This document shows positions 38,528 to 52,787 of a stretch of DNA of 64,000 bases, in pieces. Position 1 is the first letter of the stretch, and each line of letters begins with the position of its first letter. Location of the stretch: the NCBI GenBank assembly GCA_052426225.1, contig JBNJNM010000008.1, forward strand, positions 930,001 to 994,000, in the 5' to 3' direction. The notes beneath the pieces were generated by a model. It was not told the origin of the DNA. It ran no database searches and saw only the letters and a program-made list of their open reading frames with translations. The position numbers and the translations under genes were made by a program. This stretch comes from Zancudomyces culisetae HAW-14-8. Its lineage: Eukaryota; Fungi; Kickxellomycota.

Positions 38528-41500
38528 ATGCAGTTGAATTTGGAGCATGGATCTAGTCAGTTCGATAAAGGTAAACCGGTTTAAATATTGTTCATCTAAA
38601 AACTTACATGCATATTTTAAAAAGGGAACAAGGTAAAAGATAGTCTTGATAACAAATATTTCAACTAATGTGGAATTCATACTGTTTGCTTAAAATAGAA
38701 TACCAAGAGTTTTTAAATGAAAACTTTTCGACCACCGAATATGGGTATTCCACAATATCTGGTGCGTTGGAGCAAAAAAGTACAAAAAATGTAACAGGGA
38801 TGAGCGGAAGCCTTGGAAATGCCAGTCTCAAAGAGCAAGGTGAGAGTATGCGCAAACAGAGTGAGGAAATACAGTATTATCTACCACAAACTAAAGAGGA
38901 AATAGAAGGAATCGAGCAAAAAGTTAACTTTAAAGTTGAGGAGTTGAGGATTAAAATGAAGCAATTGGAATATGAATTTAAAAGCAAAGTTTCAGAAAAT
39001 CAACTAGAGATATTGGAGCACATGTCAGGGCTAGAGGAGGTTGAAGAAAACACTATGGTGCTTAAAAATCAAATCCAGGAGGTCAAGAACGAGTTTTTCA
39101 GAATAAAAAATCAGATTGAAATACCTTATAAACAGTTGACTAGATACTCGATACGAACGAAAAACATGGCAAAGGCAGTGGAGATGGTGCGTACTACAAG
39201 TCGTGCACTAAAGCTAGTACAGCGATTGAAGTACCAATTCCCAGAGAAACTTATCCAGGTAGCCAAAGAAGATAATAATAACGAGTCTATAAACGAACGA
39301 GAGAGAGAGCAGATATATATAATGGCTGGGCTAACTATTATGGATATATTGGAAGTAATAAGAGTCAACGACCTAGAAAAGTTGGATTATATACATGAAG
39401 TAATTAAAAAGGAAATAGAACCCAGACAAAAGGTGATTGAAAGAGAGGGGATCGAAACAGTTAAAAGAGGAACAGAGAGGCAAAAAATGACAGAGGTTGG
39501 GAATGGGTTGCAAATGTTGTTTAATTTGGGTATTTTGGGGGATACCATCAGAGAATATATTGAAGAAAGCATATTGAATACCAAGAGGGCGGTGACGGGA
39601 GTTATAAACTTTGATGAGATTCAGAATATAGTGCAGAAGGGTAGAGTGAAACATGATAGAAGAGGAGATAGAGCAGAGGATACAAGTGAAGAAAAGAAAC
39701 TGGGTGATTTGTTGTGGGAACAATATCGGAAAATGGTTACGAGGGTGGTGACTGAGGGACGAAGAATATCAACTTTGGATAAAGTGATCTCGAGGAAGAA
39801 GGGTGTTTTGAAGGTGAAAGAGGAAGCGAGAGACCACGGAGATTGGATCGGCGGAGTACAAGAAGAAATGGTTTTGTTTCTACATGAGCTTGGACCGGAG
39901 ATATCTGAACATGGATTAGTGGTGTATTGGTGGAATTACGTGGCAGGGATTATAGAAAAGGAGATAAACCAGGGAAAAGAATATGCAGCAATTTGGCAAA
40001 CTATGATAGAACTATGCCCAAGGCTTGCTGGGCATATTTCATCGGAAATGAAATCGGTCCTTGGGTATGATGTCGAACAGATAATTTACTATACAACACT
40101 AAAGCAGTTGGGCTCGGATTATCTCAATTCGGTAAATAACAGGGTGGAATCTGCTGCCCAACGCTGCTTCCCACCATTGATAACGTTACCAAGCAATATG
40201 AACATTGGGGGCGGTCATCAAATGTTTGGTGGTTCTGGAGCACTAGACGTCGATGATCGAGCTCTTGAGCGATACTTTGGGGTTATGGAGACAGAAATCG
40301 AAAATGTGCGGCTATTCGAGCCTATGATGAAAAATGTGGAGGAGCTGATAGAATACTCGGTTAGGTTATCGATAAACAACTTGCTGGATAGACTGAAAGA
40401 GTATGACTTGAAAGAAAACAGTTTTTTACCGTTCCAAACTATAGATAATGTAATATTTGAAGTGAAGAGAAACCCAATGTTTATAAACAAAGGCACAGCA
40501 ATAGTTGTAGGATACAACAAGATTATAAACCTTTTTGTGGAATTAAATCGAAAAATCAACGCCAAATTCGGTACAAAATACAAAGAAAGTACCGAAAGAT
40601 CAAAGAATTTTGGACTAAAACTATATATGCAGAGTCCGATTATGACAGGTGGTCACCATAGCGGTAATGTTGAAAGGAGTGGTGATGGATTGGTACAGTT
40701 ATTTTTGGGAATTTCAGAGGAGATTGAAATGATAATTGTAGAACACCTGAATTATTTGCTTGGAAGTGTTTCGTCATCAGTAATCCAAATGATGGGGAAA
40801 TTGCTGGTTATATCTGATGGAAAACAAGCACAACAAGATAAGGCTACTAGAAATGAATCTGGCAAAAATGTTACCAATGAACTATCCAATGAATTCACAA
40901 AGAACTACGCAATGTTTTTCAGCAATATGGAGGCGATTTATGGACTGATTATAGCCGAGCTTCTGAAAAAGACCAAAGTTGATTCGGAGCCCCTAAGCAA
41001 GGTAGTGCTTCTTTTTGTCAGGGTACAGATCAAGTCGTTTTTAACGTCAGTAGGCCTTGCCTATCCGCTAACTGAGGATCTGAATCTGGAGTTGGTCGAT
41101 GCTTGTAGCCAGTACGAGTTCCAGACAACGCAACTGTTTCTATCTCTAAAAACCACTCATCTAAACACCAAAGGTAGCAACAAGACATTGGTTCAGCAAT
41201 CGGATTTTACTAGTTTAACTGCCGGATTAAAGGAGTTTAAGCAACTGTTGTTTTTACCGAATGACATGTTGGCTGTTGGTAGTGATAAGAGTATCGGCGG
41301 GTTTAAAAATATTCAAAACTACATAGTAGCTTTCCATATTGCCTCCAGAATTTTCACGCTAATTACCAATTCGCACTCTGATAGCCCTGACATAAATACA
41401 CCTATTAGCACTTTGTTTGGCCCTTGGAGCTTCTACGATTGGCTTGAAAACGATGATAGTGAAAGCGGGGATTCGACAAATGATCAAAATCCAGTATTTG

Positions 41501-41895
41501 TGAACGTTTATTTTCCAGCAGTGGTACTCCAAGATCGCTCATTATCTTTGCCTTCAATCTTACCCTTATTGTTAGACTCACCTTCAGACTCACCCTCGTT
41601 GTCACAAACACCAGGTAGTAAAAGTATGGATGGAGTAGACAGCTTTGGTGCCAGTTCACAGGCACAATCAAGGAGAATGGCTAGTAAGGACTATCTGAAG
41701 GAATCTGCATTCTACAACTCTGAAAAAGTTGTGTATCTTGATGAAAAATCCGATCAATATCATTTGGAAAGCAGTATTGTTAGAGTGGGATTGGAAAAGA
41801 ACATAAGAAACCTAATTGGTTTGGTTGACAGCATCGATGCTAGCAAGATAGTGGGCATCAAACAATGTATTGACTTATTAACCAATTTACTTTAG
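38528..41895 (+). CDS. COG5: Conserved oligomeric Golgi complex subunit 5; exons 38528-38570, 38699-41895
   Basis: N-terminal YQEFLNENFS, coiled coil ending IEIPY, GLQMLFNLG, C-terminal PLTE..NLEL...SQYEF and LKEFKQLLF resemble Cog5. Confidence 0.72.
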
Positions 41896-42233
41896 TCTCT
41901 CATTTTTATATATTTTTTTTTGGGTTGTTTGGGCGGAATATATTTAGGTCACGTTTTTTTTAATGGATTTGTTTCGATTTAAGATTGCGAATGCGTTTTT
42001 ACCAAATAAAAACACGAGAAATTGGAAAAAGAATAAAAAAATTTTTTTTTTTCGATTTGGATTTTGCGTTGTAATAATATTTTTTTTACATTTAGAGCAA
42101 AGTAGGTCATATTAGTGAATATAGTAAAAAAAATTTTTTTTTTCAAAAGAAGCTATAACCTCAAAACCAAGCAATTAGCAATCTTTAGATTGCACAAGTA
42201 ATTAATAGAATTTTGTTTGGTAGAATAAAAAAA

Positions 42234-44566
42234 ATGGCGAATAGAAACAACAAGCGAGCAGCTACAGCTACAACCAACAAAGGTAAAGGTGGCAAGGTAC
42301 AAAGTTTGGAAAGTGCAAACAAGAAGAGAAAAGTTGTAGAGGAAAAAAAGAGACCGAATGTGCCAATAACTAAACAAGACTCAAGTGAGGAGGAATTTGA
42401 TTCGAGTGATAGTGAACAGTATGAGGATGAAAATAGTGAATATGATGAGGAGGAGGAGGAGGTAATTGAAGGAGACGAAGAGGAGGAAGACGAGGAAGAG
42501 GGAGACGAGGAAGAAGACGAAGAGATGGAGGAGAATGAAGAAGGGGGAGAGCAGAAGGCTCCAACAAGCGGTAACTCATCAGGTATGTACATTTGTATTT
42601 CACTGTTAGCTTTTTGATACATTTGTATTCATTTATTTATTTGTAGGCAAGAAAGCTATAATAATGATCTTTGATTAAACAATAGAAAAAAGAAAAGAAA
42701 AGAAAAAAGCATTGGAGGATCAAAAGAGAAAAAAGAATGAAATGTACGATGATATCCAGGACATCAAAAAGAAATGGGAGGTGATAAGAAGGCGTGGAGA
42801 TATTGACAATGTTGAACGACAAAAGATGATCCAAGATATTTTGGATAACACAATCAAGGGGAGAATCAAGGAAATAACATTCAAACACGATTGTAGCAGA
42901 ATTATTCAAAGTATTCTCAAGCACGGAAACCAGCAACAGCGGGAAAAGATTATTGAAGAGTTGATAGACGAGGTTGTAGAGTTGGCCAAGGCAAACTATG
43001 GCCGATATATAGTCGGAAAGATGCTTAAATTCAGTACTGGAAAAAAGGGAAATGAGTACCGATCAAGAATAATTACAAAGTTTTACGGGAAAATCAACAA
43101 GTTGGTCGGACAACGAGTTAGTGGACCACTAGTTGAAGAGATTTATTCGGTGTGGGCAAATGCAACACAGCAAAAGCAGATGATTACTGAATTCTACGGA
43201 CCAGAATTCATAGTTTTCAAGAGCAAATCTGTAGCAAACAAGGGGAAAAAACGGTAAATCAGAGTCATCAGCAGCAGTCAAGACAGCAAAAGAAATTGTC
43301 GAAAGCCAACCAATGAAACGAGAAGCCATTATTCGAAATCTCAAAACACATATTTCCAAGCTTGCAAGCAATGAGAATGCGATTAGATACAGTATATTAC
43401 ACCGATTGATGTTGGAATACTACTCGATTGCAACAGAAAACGAAATCAACGATATCATAGCCATTCTGACAAACAAAAACGGTGGTGAGGAAGGCGGAGA
43501 AGGCGACGATAACGCAAACAACAATGCTGATGGCGAGGAAAGCGCAGGAGCGAATAGATTTGTTGAAATATTGCATACAAAGGAGGGATACCAAGTGGGA
43601 ATGCAAACATTTTACCATTCAAAGACAGCCAAGGACAAAAAGGCGCTCGTTAAATCGATAAAGCCATATGTCATAAAATGCTGTACCGATGAATACGCAC
43701 ACAATGTGGTTATTGCAGCTTTGGAATCAGTGGACGATACCGTTTTTGTAAGCAAGACTATCGTGAGCACCCTGGTAAATTCGGCAAACTTGGATCAGTT
43801 GGCAAAGGATAAGTTTGGCCGTCGAGTTGTTTTGTTTTTGATTGGAAGAGGTAAACGTGATGCCAGGTTTTTGGGATTCCAGTGTATCAAAATTATGAAG
43901 GAAATTGGTGACGTAATTCGACCAAAGACTACCAAGAAGGATTTGGCCACTAAGTTTGCCGAACTTGCAAGTTATGCCATTCCTAAAATCACAAACCACT
44001 ATTTTAAATCCGAAAGTCTAACAAAATCATTTGTCCAAAGTGTATCTGGTAAAAACAACAGCAGTAATGGTAATTCAGGCGAACAAGACAGCCAAGATGA
44101 TTTCCAAAACCAAGTAATCTTCCAATTGATTCTAGCCAATTTATTGCCAGCTACAAACAAACGAACTGAAAATACTAAAGAAAATAATGCCAGCAACAGC
44201 CCAATATTCTCCCAAACTTTGGATTGGTTAATCAAAGTAATAGCTTCATTGCCTGTAGATACTTCTTGCTCTCTCAACCCTGGTTTCGAAAGATTGCTAT
44301 GCCAGCTACTTTCAAAACACAACGTCAGCGGCGCCGAATTGAAATCCAAAATCCTGGCTTCGTTTAACCCACAAACTTTGAAATCCTTAGCAGTAAAGGG
44401 ATCATTTGTAATCGTTGTGCTATTGGAACAACAGGATTCTGAAATCGGCCAGAAATCCAGAAAGATTCTGTGTGGCGATGACAGTTCGCTGGTCAGCCAA
44501 CTCGAAGGTTTGCCATCCACCAAAAACCTCGAGATTATCATTCGTCTGCTAAAATCAGAGTGCTAA
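42234..44566 (+). CDS. PUF6: Pumilio-repeat nucleolar protein Puf6/PUM3; exon 1 42234-42582, exon 2 from 42686, with an apparent +1 frame break at ~43242-43257
   Basis: Acidic N-terminus, KHDCSRIIQ, EFYGPEF, ILHTKEG, VDDTV, CPL-domain DKFGRRVVLFL. Confidence 0.85.
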
Positions 44567-47500
44567 GATCATATATTTTTATGTTTTTATAACTTAGTAG
44601 TTCGTTGATTATTCCAATTCTTTGGACCGTTTTAATTGAACCTATAATTATTATTTTCATTTTACTCCGACTTATTGCCACATTGATTCTCCTCCAGTCC
44701 ATCAGCAAATCTCCAACATATCCGCTGCTGTTATTTCTCACCAGCGACAGAATAATCACTTTTTTATCTCGTCCCTGGAATCTATCCACTGAATCGACCT
44801 CAATCATGTTCTTATTTTGCTGACCACTGTTGCTATGGTTACCATTAACGGCCCCAAGGCTATACCCGCTACCATTTGTAGTACCAGATCTGTTATCATC
44901 GCCATCACCCGCAAAGGCACCTGTAGCTGTACTGCCTCGGTTTTCGTTGCGTCTAAATTTCGTGCCATTGATGTATCTGTTGATGATCTGAATTTGTGCT
45001 CTATACGGAGTAACAATACCAATCAGCTCTCGACAGTTGATATCCCCATTGTTCGGACTACCATTGCTACCATTGCCACTACCATTACTACTACCATTAC
45101 TACTACTACTATTACTACCACTACTACCACTGGTTTGATTCATCTCGTTAACACTCCCCAGTTCTTGCAATACAATCTTTTCTGCAATTTTGGCACTTAT
45201 TTTTGCCTCAAACTCGTTGCCCACTGACTCATTCATTATTCGCTCGTGTGCCAACTCTCCTAAAGGATCGGTATTTAAAAATACTATAGGGTGTATATAA
45301 TCTATAATATCTCGGAACATAGCATCAACATCGGTACTTTGATGCGTATCCTTTAAACTAGGCTCACAATCAACAAGTACACTCTTTGGTAATACCATCT
45401 TCCCGTATTTTAACCGATTTCCATATACCAAACTATTGACCAACTGTTGAATTTCATAGTCCATTCGGTATTGGTAATCCAACTCCACAATACTAAAGCT
45501 ATGGTTGTCACATAACACCTTGAACAAGGACTCCCCCTGAACTGACATTAGTCCACTAACAACGTTAGAGTTGTTAGCATTCCCACTATAGTTGCTGCTA
45601 CCGCCACTGCTATTTTGATGATTACTGTTTTTATAAATATTGACCGTTGAAACGGTACGAGAAAGCGGAGGTAGCTGGTAGTGATCTCCAACCAACACAA
45701 ACCTCAAACAGCTCCTCAAATGCCCCAAACACCCCACCAGGCTTATCTGCGATGCCTCCTCGACAATACAATAATCAAACGTTCGTTTTTTGAGGACTGC
45801 GTGCCCACCTAAACTCGTTACAGCAATCACATTTGTATTGGTAATCACAGCATCTTCGTATTCTTCCACTGTCCTTGCCTTGATCGCATTAATGCTGTGC
45901 TTGCGGATTTCAGGTCGCACCTTATCCAGTCTTCCTATTCGCAAAAATCTGACTTGTGGATCATCTATCAATTTTACCAGGACATTATCTACTGCCGTAT
46001 GTGTAAATGCAACCAGCAAAACCGTTTGATTCTTAGCTACTATTGTTTTGATTAGCTTGGTTATGGTCATTGTCTTTCCAGTTCCTGGCATTCCCAACAC
46101 CAACGTGTAGTCCTTTGACTGCATCACTCTATTGATCACTCTAAGTTGCCCCGAATTCATGCTACTCCCCGTGCTTTTGTCTGAGGAAGTTCCACCCATG
46201 CCTGAAACTGTTCCTGTCTCTGTCTCTGTCTCTGTCTCTGCCTCTATCGCTGTTACTGTTTCCGTTCTTTCTGGTGGTGCCACTTTATTATCTTCTCGCT
46301 GAATCCTATTGTTACTCCGCAATTGGTCAAATCTAGGTGATTCCAAATCGACTATTAGCCGTCGCCGCTCTTCATCACCACCATCTACAAACATTGCAGC
46401 CAAATTGGTTCGTAGTGTCTTTGCCGCACTACTTACTTCGGATTTATCAATCCTATACCCACAGATTCTGTTTTTTTGCCCATCATCATAGTATATGCGC
46501 AATTTTTTGTCGACACACACATCTATACAATCCGGCCCAATATCCAAAACAAAGCCTACTGCCATTACATTTCCCCTCTCCCTTCCAACAACTATCGGGT
46601 CTCCAGCATTTAATCGGTGTTCAATTTTGCCTTCCTCACTAGTTTTTCTAAATCTATGTTTGTTTTTGTTTGCTCCCCCGATCTTTTTCATCACTTCGCA
46701 CTTTTCTATATACAAATCAACTACACTAACGCCCCGTTTTATCCGCTCCTCCTCCGTTTCGGTCCACACCTTGGCATTCTCCTGATTACTTACTCGCTCT
46801 TCTTCGTTTATGAACTTGCTCCACTGGTTAAAAAAATTCAAATCGCGCGGCGTAAGATGCCCAACATGTCTAGACCATGTTTCTTCTGCCATTTTACATG
46901 TCACACTCGTGCCATTCTCGTTTGCCCTATGGTTCAGCAGACATACTGATATTACGGGACACCATTTACAGGCATTGCTGGGAACTATCGGAGGTAAATC
47001 GTATGAATTTCGCGCGTATCGTGCCAAGACATTTCTCCATTGTACAATTCCCCTAATTATGTCATCTCCCGCATGCACGTCTTTTACAACCACATCTTCT
47101 GCATTGGCACCACTAATAAAAGCCAACATCCCCCGATCAACTGTCGTTTTGTACTGCTCCGACAACAGTAACATGTAACACTGTACCTGTGCCATGTAGG
47201 ATACAAGTGAATTACCACTCGCTTTGCCTGTCTTTATTTCTATCGGAATTACATTGCCCCTATCGTAGTAAACCTCGTAGCCAGAACATCCAATGGCTGT
47301 CAGATCCACGTTTCCACTCATCCCAAACCTATACGATCTTAGGTTTTCCTCTGCATCTAAAAATTTTTGCACTATCAATCCAGGGCGGCCATTCAATGAT
47401 CCTTTGATCTTTTTGGAATAGTACTGCTGTGCCCACTTTATCAACGCCCTTATATTCCCTACTAGCGCCTCTTCTATCCTTTCTACTGAAGTCCCTGCCT

Positions 47501-49955
47501 GCCACAAACCCTCTATATTCTCTATCACTATTTCCCGCATCGCCTGCATCAGCGGTGCTTCTTCCCATTCATCGTTCAGCGCTGCCCATTCAATCAACTC
47601 GTGTGTCAAATTTCCAACAAGAATTCTCTCCTCTGCCTTCCTAGTCTCCTCAGAGCTCGCGTTGGTGTCCTCAAATACACCGGCTTTGTATTTCTCTCTT
47701 AACACCGCTCTTCTTGCACATACTAATGCCTGAGATATTGAAGTTACCGGAACCAATACCTCTGGATATGTTATTACAAAATACTCGCTTTTTTCGTCTA
47801 TTAGCACCACCTGTTCGCTCCGTGAACCAGTCTTTTTAAGCAAGTGAATGTACTTTCCCCGTTCAATCTCAGTTTCTTTCCAGCTTCCTCGCAATTTAAG
47901 CTCCAAGTCCTCTTCAGTTTCCTCGTTCACTGCGATCACCTTTTTTCCCTTCACAGTCGCATCATATGCATCACAATACCACTCTGATGACACTGAAATC
48001 ACCAGCAACCTTTCATAATTGCAATAATTCCAATTCTCCTGTTTGATATTATATTGCGTATCGTATACTCTACTTAACAGCTGCGTACTCTGCTCATCCT
48101 CCCCTACTGTCGACTCCCTTTTTTGCCCTTCTCCAATTATGCTTAAACCATCTAAACGTCCCTCGACAGTGTTAATTGCACCAGTTTGACCATTATTTGT
48201 GTCCTGTGGTTGCACGTATCCACCCTTTGTTTGTCCTTGCTTTTCTAACTCTTGTAATTTTTCTTCTAGACCTTCAATATCCATATAGTCCACACTCATG
48301 TCAAAGTCCTCATCTTCTTCCTCACGTCCATGCTCATTTTCACTTCCACTTGCACTTTCTCTATCTGATTCGCTCTTATTTTTACATTTATCATTACCCT
48401 CTTGTGGCATTTTTTGAGTTTTGGCAATTGCATCTTTTTCTAGTGCGTCATAGTCCAAATCTTCCATCAAACTATCATCAAATTCCCCATCAAATTCTGT
48501 TGAATCAAGTACCTCTATATCCCTTTGTAGATGCGGTTTTCTTATCTCCACACTGCTGAATACATCACTATGCTGCTCTTCGCGTGATTCTTCACCCACA
48601 ACTCTACTCAACTCGTTATTTTCGGATACATCTTTTCTATCTACTCTTTTTTCTTTTAGTATTTTTTCTTTATTCTCCACCAATTCGGAAAATGAATCTA
48701 GTATGATCTCTTTCATACTAGCTTTGGCATTATTTTTTTCAACTTCGCTATGTGTGGAAATATGCGGTAGTATTCGTTTATTTTGTCGTTCCTTGCTCGA
48801 AAAGATATCGTTAAACTCAATTTCCATTCCGAAATTCCTTTCGAAATTCTCCAACCCAAATTCGATATTCTTTGACCAGTTTTTGTTTGGCATCTTGTCC
48901 GATAAATCACCATCACGGTTAGCACTGCTACACAAATCCTCAATATCATCACTGTTACTTTCCAACTTTGCAGATTTCCTTGCAAACATAAGCTTTTGAG
49001 TTATTTTTTTTGCCGCCTCTTCGGGTGAAGTATCCCTAGCGGATTTACCCACCAACGGTTTAACCCTTCCTCCGATTGCTGGCCTCGTTTCTATCCTTCT
49101 GATGAGCTCCTCTGGCGGCGACTGCAGCCACACAATTCTCTCCGAGATTCCCGAAGCTGCTTTCGTTCGTCGTTTTGGTGTCATTTTGTGCTCAACGGAC
49201 TGCTCCTTGTGATTCGACACCTTGTCCCTTTTTAAGCTTTCTCGTTTTGTACCTTCTACTTTTATAATTTCTGCCTCAAGACTCTTTTGCCCTTCAAACT
49301 TTTCTATGCAACCATCTTTAGGCTTTCCCATTAAACCATTTTTTTCAATGTGACTTTGAATGGCGATATCAAGTTTTTCGGTACTACCCTTCGCTGCATC
49401 TTTAATTATCGCTTCACGTAGTGGAGGGTTTTCTATAATACTACTATTGATGGATCTATCCAGTTTTAGATTATCACTCTTATCAATAATTGTATTTTTA
49501 TTGACCGCCCTTTCATTTTCTCCCTCACATAGTATAAAGAACCCATCTACACTACTTTTGCTTTTCACCCCCTTGTTAATTCTCGATTTTTTGACTGTAT
49601 CATCCTATTTACAATATGTTTTTAAAATGTTACACAATATTAGTTTCAAGCCTTAAGAGTAGAGAGCAAACTCGATTTTATTTATGATTGGAAACACGTA
49701 ATCCATCTAATATCAAGTATGGTTGACTTTTCTGCCATTTCAAGATTATTTATATCCACGACTGCCGTACTCGTAGATAGATATATATTGGTATTGTCGA
49801 AAAATATTAACATACTATATAAATACCTTTAATACTGACTTTTGAACTATTGGGATCCCAAATTCATCGGTGTTTTGCGCTCTTTTTTCCTTTCCATTAT
49901 TCTTTGGACGTGGAATACAATCAAATCCCCTAACCTGTTCCACCTTTCTCCTCAT
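44538..49955 (-). CDS. DNA2: DNA replication nuclease/helicase Dna2; proposed exons 49955-49935 (tentative) and 49604-44538
   Basis: CARR plus CKWCPVISVC Fe-S ligands, nuclease GNVDL/PIEIKTG, GMPGTGKT, VGDHYQLPP, QYRM, FQGRDK, RRINVAISR. Confidence 0.93.
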
Positions 49956-52705
49956 TATTTCCAAACAAGACTACAGAGTCCGTATCAATAACACTTACTG
50001 CGTATATTCAATACTTCTGTCCAATGATACCTCTGAAAATATATAATTCTCAATAGATGTTTTAATTTTTTCACAGTGTAATCTAAAATTTAAATACGTT
50101 AACCACCAGGTTAAAATAAAATACTGATTGAATTTATCCTAAAACCTTAAATAGACTCTTTGCAGAGTAATTCCAATGCCTATTAGTGTTTTAGTATTTG
50201 AATCTCTATTCTCTATTTTGACATTCAATTTTAAAGTTGATTGAAATGCATAAATATGCGCTAAATCGAAGTAAATTTTGCAAAACTCCTCATAAATTGG
50301 CTTTAAGGAATTGTTAGATAACCTATTTCGGATTCAGTAGTTTGCTCAGAGACAGATTCGGTATATTGATTTTTTACTTGAATATGAAATGACCCGCCTT
50401 TAAATAGTATATCAAGCAAGAAAAGTAGTACTAACGATCGAAGCTTGAATCTCTAGATCTTTCTGTTCTATTTTTTTCTTATGAAATTTGATTTAATTTA
50501 ATGAGAAAAGCTATTGAGATATATTCCTGTTCAAAAAAAACTGTTTTCTAATTTAGTAAAATTATACCTGCTAAATTATATTCTGTTTGCTGTTTATTAT
50601 ACGCAAATTAACCCAATAAGCGTTATTAAAAAACAATCAAATATTTAGTGTTCAATCCAAGTAAATTATGAGAAGGTTTTAAAATAACCATGAACCCAGT
50701 GGTATTATAAGGAAATTCAAATTAAGACCATAAACGATATTATAATACTTCACATATTTACAACTCTTGTAATGCTGCTTACTAAACCAAAAAATTAAAT
50801 AATTTAAAGAAGAGATGTAGCTAATTCATTTATTTAATAGTTAAATATGATTAATCTGCTATAAATATATCTTAGACATTAATAACCCAAGTTGATTAAA
50901 ATCTATAAAAATGAAATTGTACTTTGAACAATCCATTAAACTATAAATAATCATAATTTTATTTCAATATGATATAAAAATATATTTACAATAACGATTA
51001 AAAAATACATACAAATAGATTCATATAGTTAATCGCCAACTATTCACAGTATTTATGTTGTATAAATTAAATGAAATATGGAAGCTTAAATATTCTCCAA
51101 AAATGAAGCGTATGTATAATTCAAAACAAATATTATCAATATTAGAAATTTATAATTTTATTCATGTACAAAGATATCAAGATATGTTGAAATGTCAAAC
51201 TTGTATTTTGTTTAAAAAAGGTTAATATAATACCACAAGGGTTAGTTAAATTAAAAATATAATTTTCCAATTCAGAAAACAAGAAACTGAAGCCTATTAA
51301 TAACTATGTTAGTTTTCCAATACTACTAATTCACTCGTTTTCATTGATATTTGTTCTTCCTTAATCTTCTTTTTGATATGAATGCTTAAATACGAATAAA
51401 GCTAGCGTAATAATAATAATAATAAAAATAATAAATGAAGAATCCAGGGTCATATCCTTTAAACTCTCAGTGTATTTTGTGCAAAGACGCTCTACGTCAT
51501 CAATGCTCTCTGTAATCAAACCTTAATCCATATCAATACTTTTGTAAAATACTGATATTACTAAAGGACTCTTAGAGCTTATTTCGTATAGTATCTTTGT
51601 CTACTGTCCTATCAAGTACATACTGAAGTTCTACCAACCAGAATCTCCAACGTCTTTTTACTCACTTTAAACAACACAACACTGTTAAGAAATAAACAGG
51701 AATTAACTCGGAAATAATTAGAAGAATGACTATAATGTTTTACTTTAAAGAAAGTAAAAGTAAATGACAATATACAATAGCCATAAGATAAATTTTATAT
51801 CTTTTAAACATCGAAGCTATACCTATTAGGTCCTAATATTTGTAGAATATGTAAGATAAGATCATTAAATAATGAAATTGAGCATTTCAAACACTAAAAA
51901 AAAATAGTGCTATATATAAAATACATGCTCTGGCAATAATTAAATATGTAAAAATTATAAATCAAGTCATTTCACGTAGACACAAGTATTCTCTATACTC
52001 TCAAATAATTTTCACTATATATTTTCAAAATTAATGTAGCTCCAAATGGATGACAATATAAAAATTGTAGACATAATGTACATTAGTATAAAAAATCAAT
52101 TATATGATTTCGTATTTAGTAATACAACGAAACTAGATGAGAATCAGGAAACAAACCACTAAACATTATATAATTTTTTTTGAAAATTTAACAAAAAACA
52201 TTCTTAACTCTATAATATTGAATATAAAGTGAAATAAAAAGTGAATAAAAATATAATGAACTAAGATAAGATTTTATTGTAATATATAGAGATATAATAT
52301 TTTTCTGCTAAATTAATGATTGAGTTTGAAAAGAACATATTTTGTCAGATATAGTCAAATCTCGATCACGTTACTTGTATTTTATCTGTAAAGAATGTTT
52401 AATATCATATTATTGATTTAATAAAAATAAAACGACAAGTAAACTATAACAATATCAAGTCTATTATATATAAATAAGTATATAAAACGTAATGTAAAGT
52501 ATTTTCTGATAAGAGTGGCCTAAGATGCTATTTTCGTTGTCCGCTCACGATAAAATCGCGTAGTAATTCATTTTACTATAAATGATCGATAATTAAGAAT
52601 TATTGCGCATGCTAAATTATTAGTTATCTTCTGATAAGATAATGCGTTTGAATTGGTATCAAAAAGTTTGTAGCCATTATACTACACATTAATATAAAAT
52701 CTTGC

Positions 52706-52709
52706 AAAA
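52706..52709 (-). terminator. Probable Pol III terminator (T4) after tRNA-Lys; no T-run lies between the two tRNAs
   Basis: Minus strand reads ...GGGCT TAC TTTT GC. Only four Ts, so weak. Confidence 0.45.
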
Positions 52710-52712
52710 GTA

Positions 52713-52785
52713 AGCCCAACGCGGGGGTCGAACCCGCAACCTTGAGATTAAGAGTCTCACGCTCTACCGATTGAGCTAGCCGGGC
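52713..52785 (-). tRNA. tRNA-Lys(CTT), 73 nt, no intron
   Basis: GCCCGGCTAGCTCAATCGGTAGAGCGTGAGACT-CTT-AATCTCAAGGTTGCGGGTTCGACCCCCGCGTTGGGCT; full cloverleaf, A and B boxes. Confidence 0.96.
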
Positions 52786-52787
52786 AG

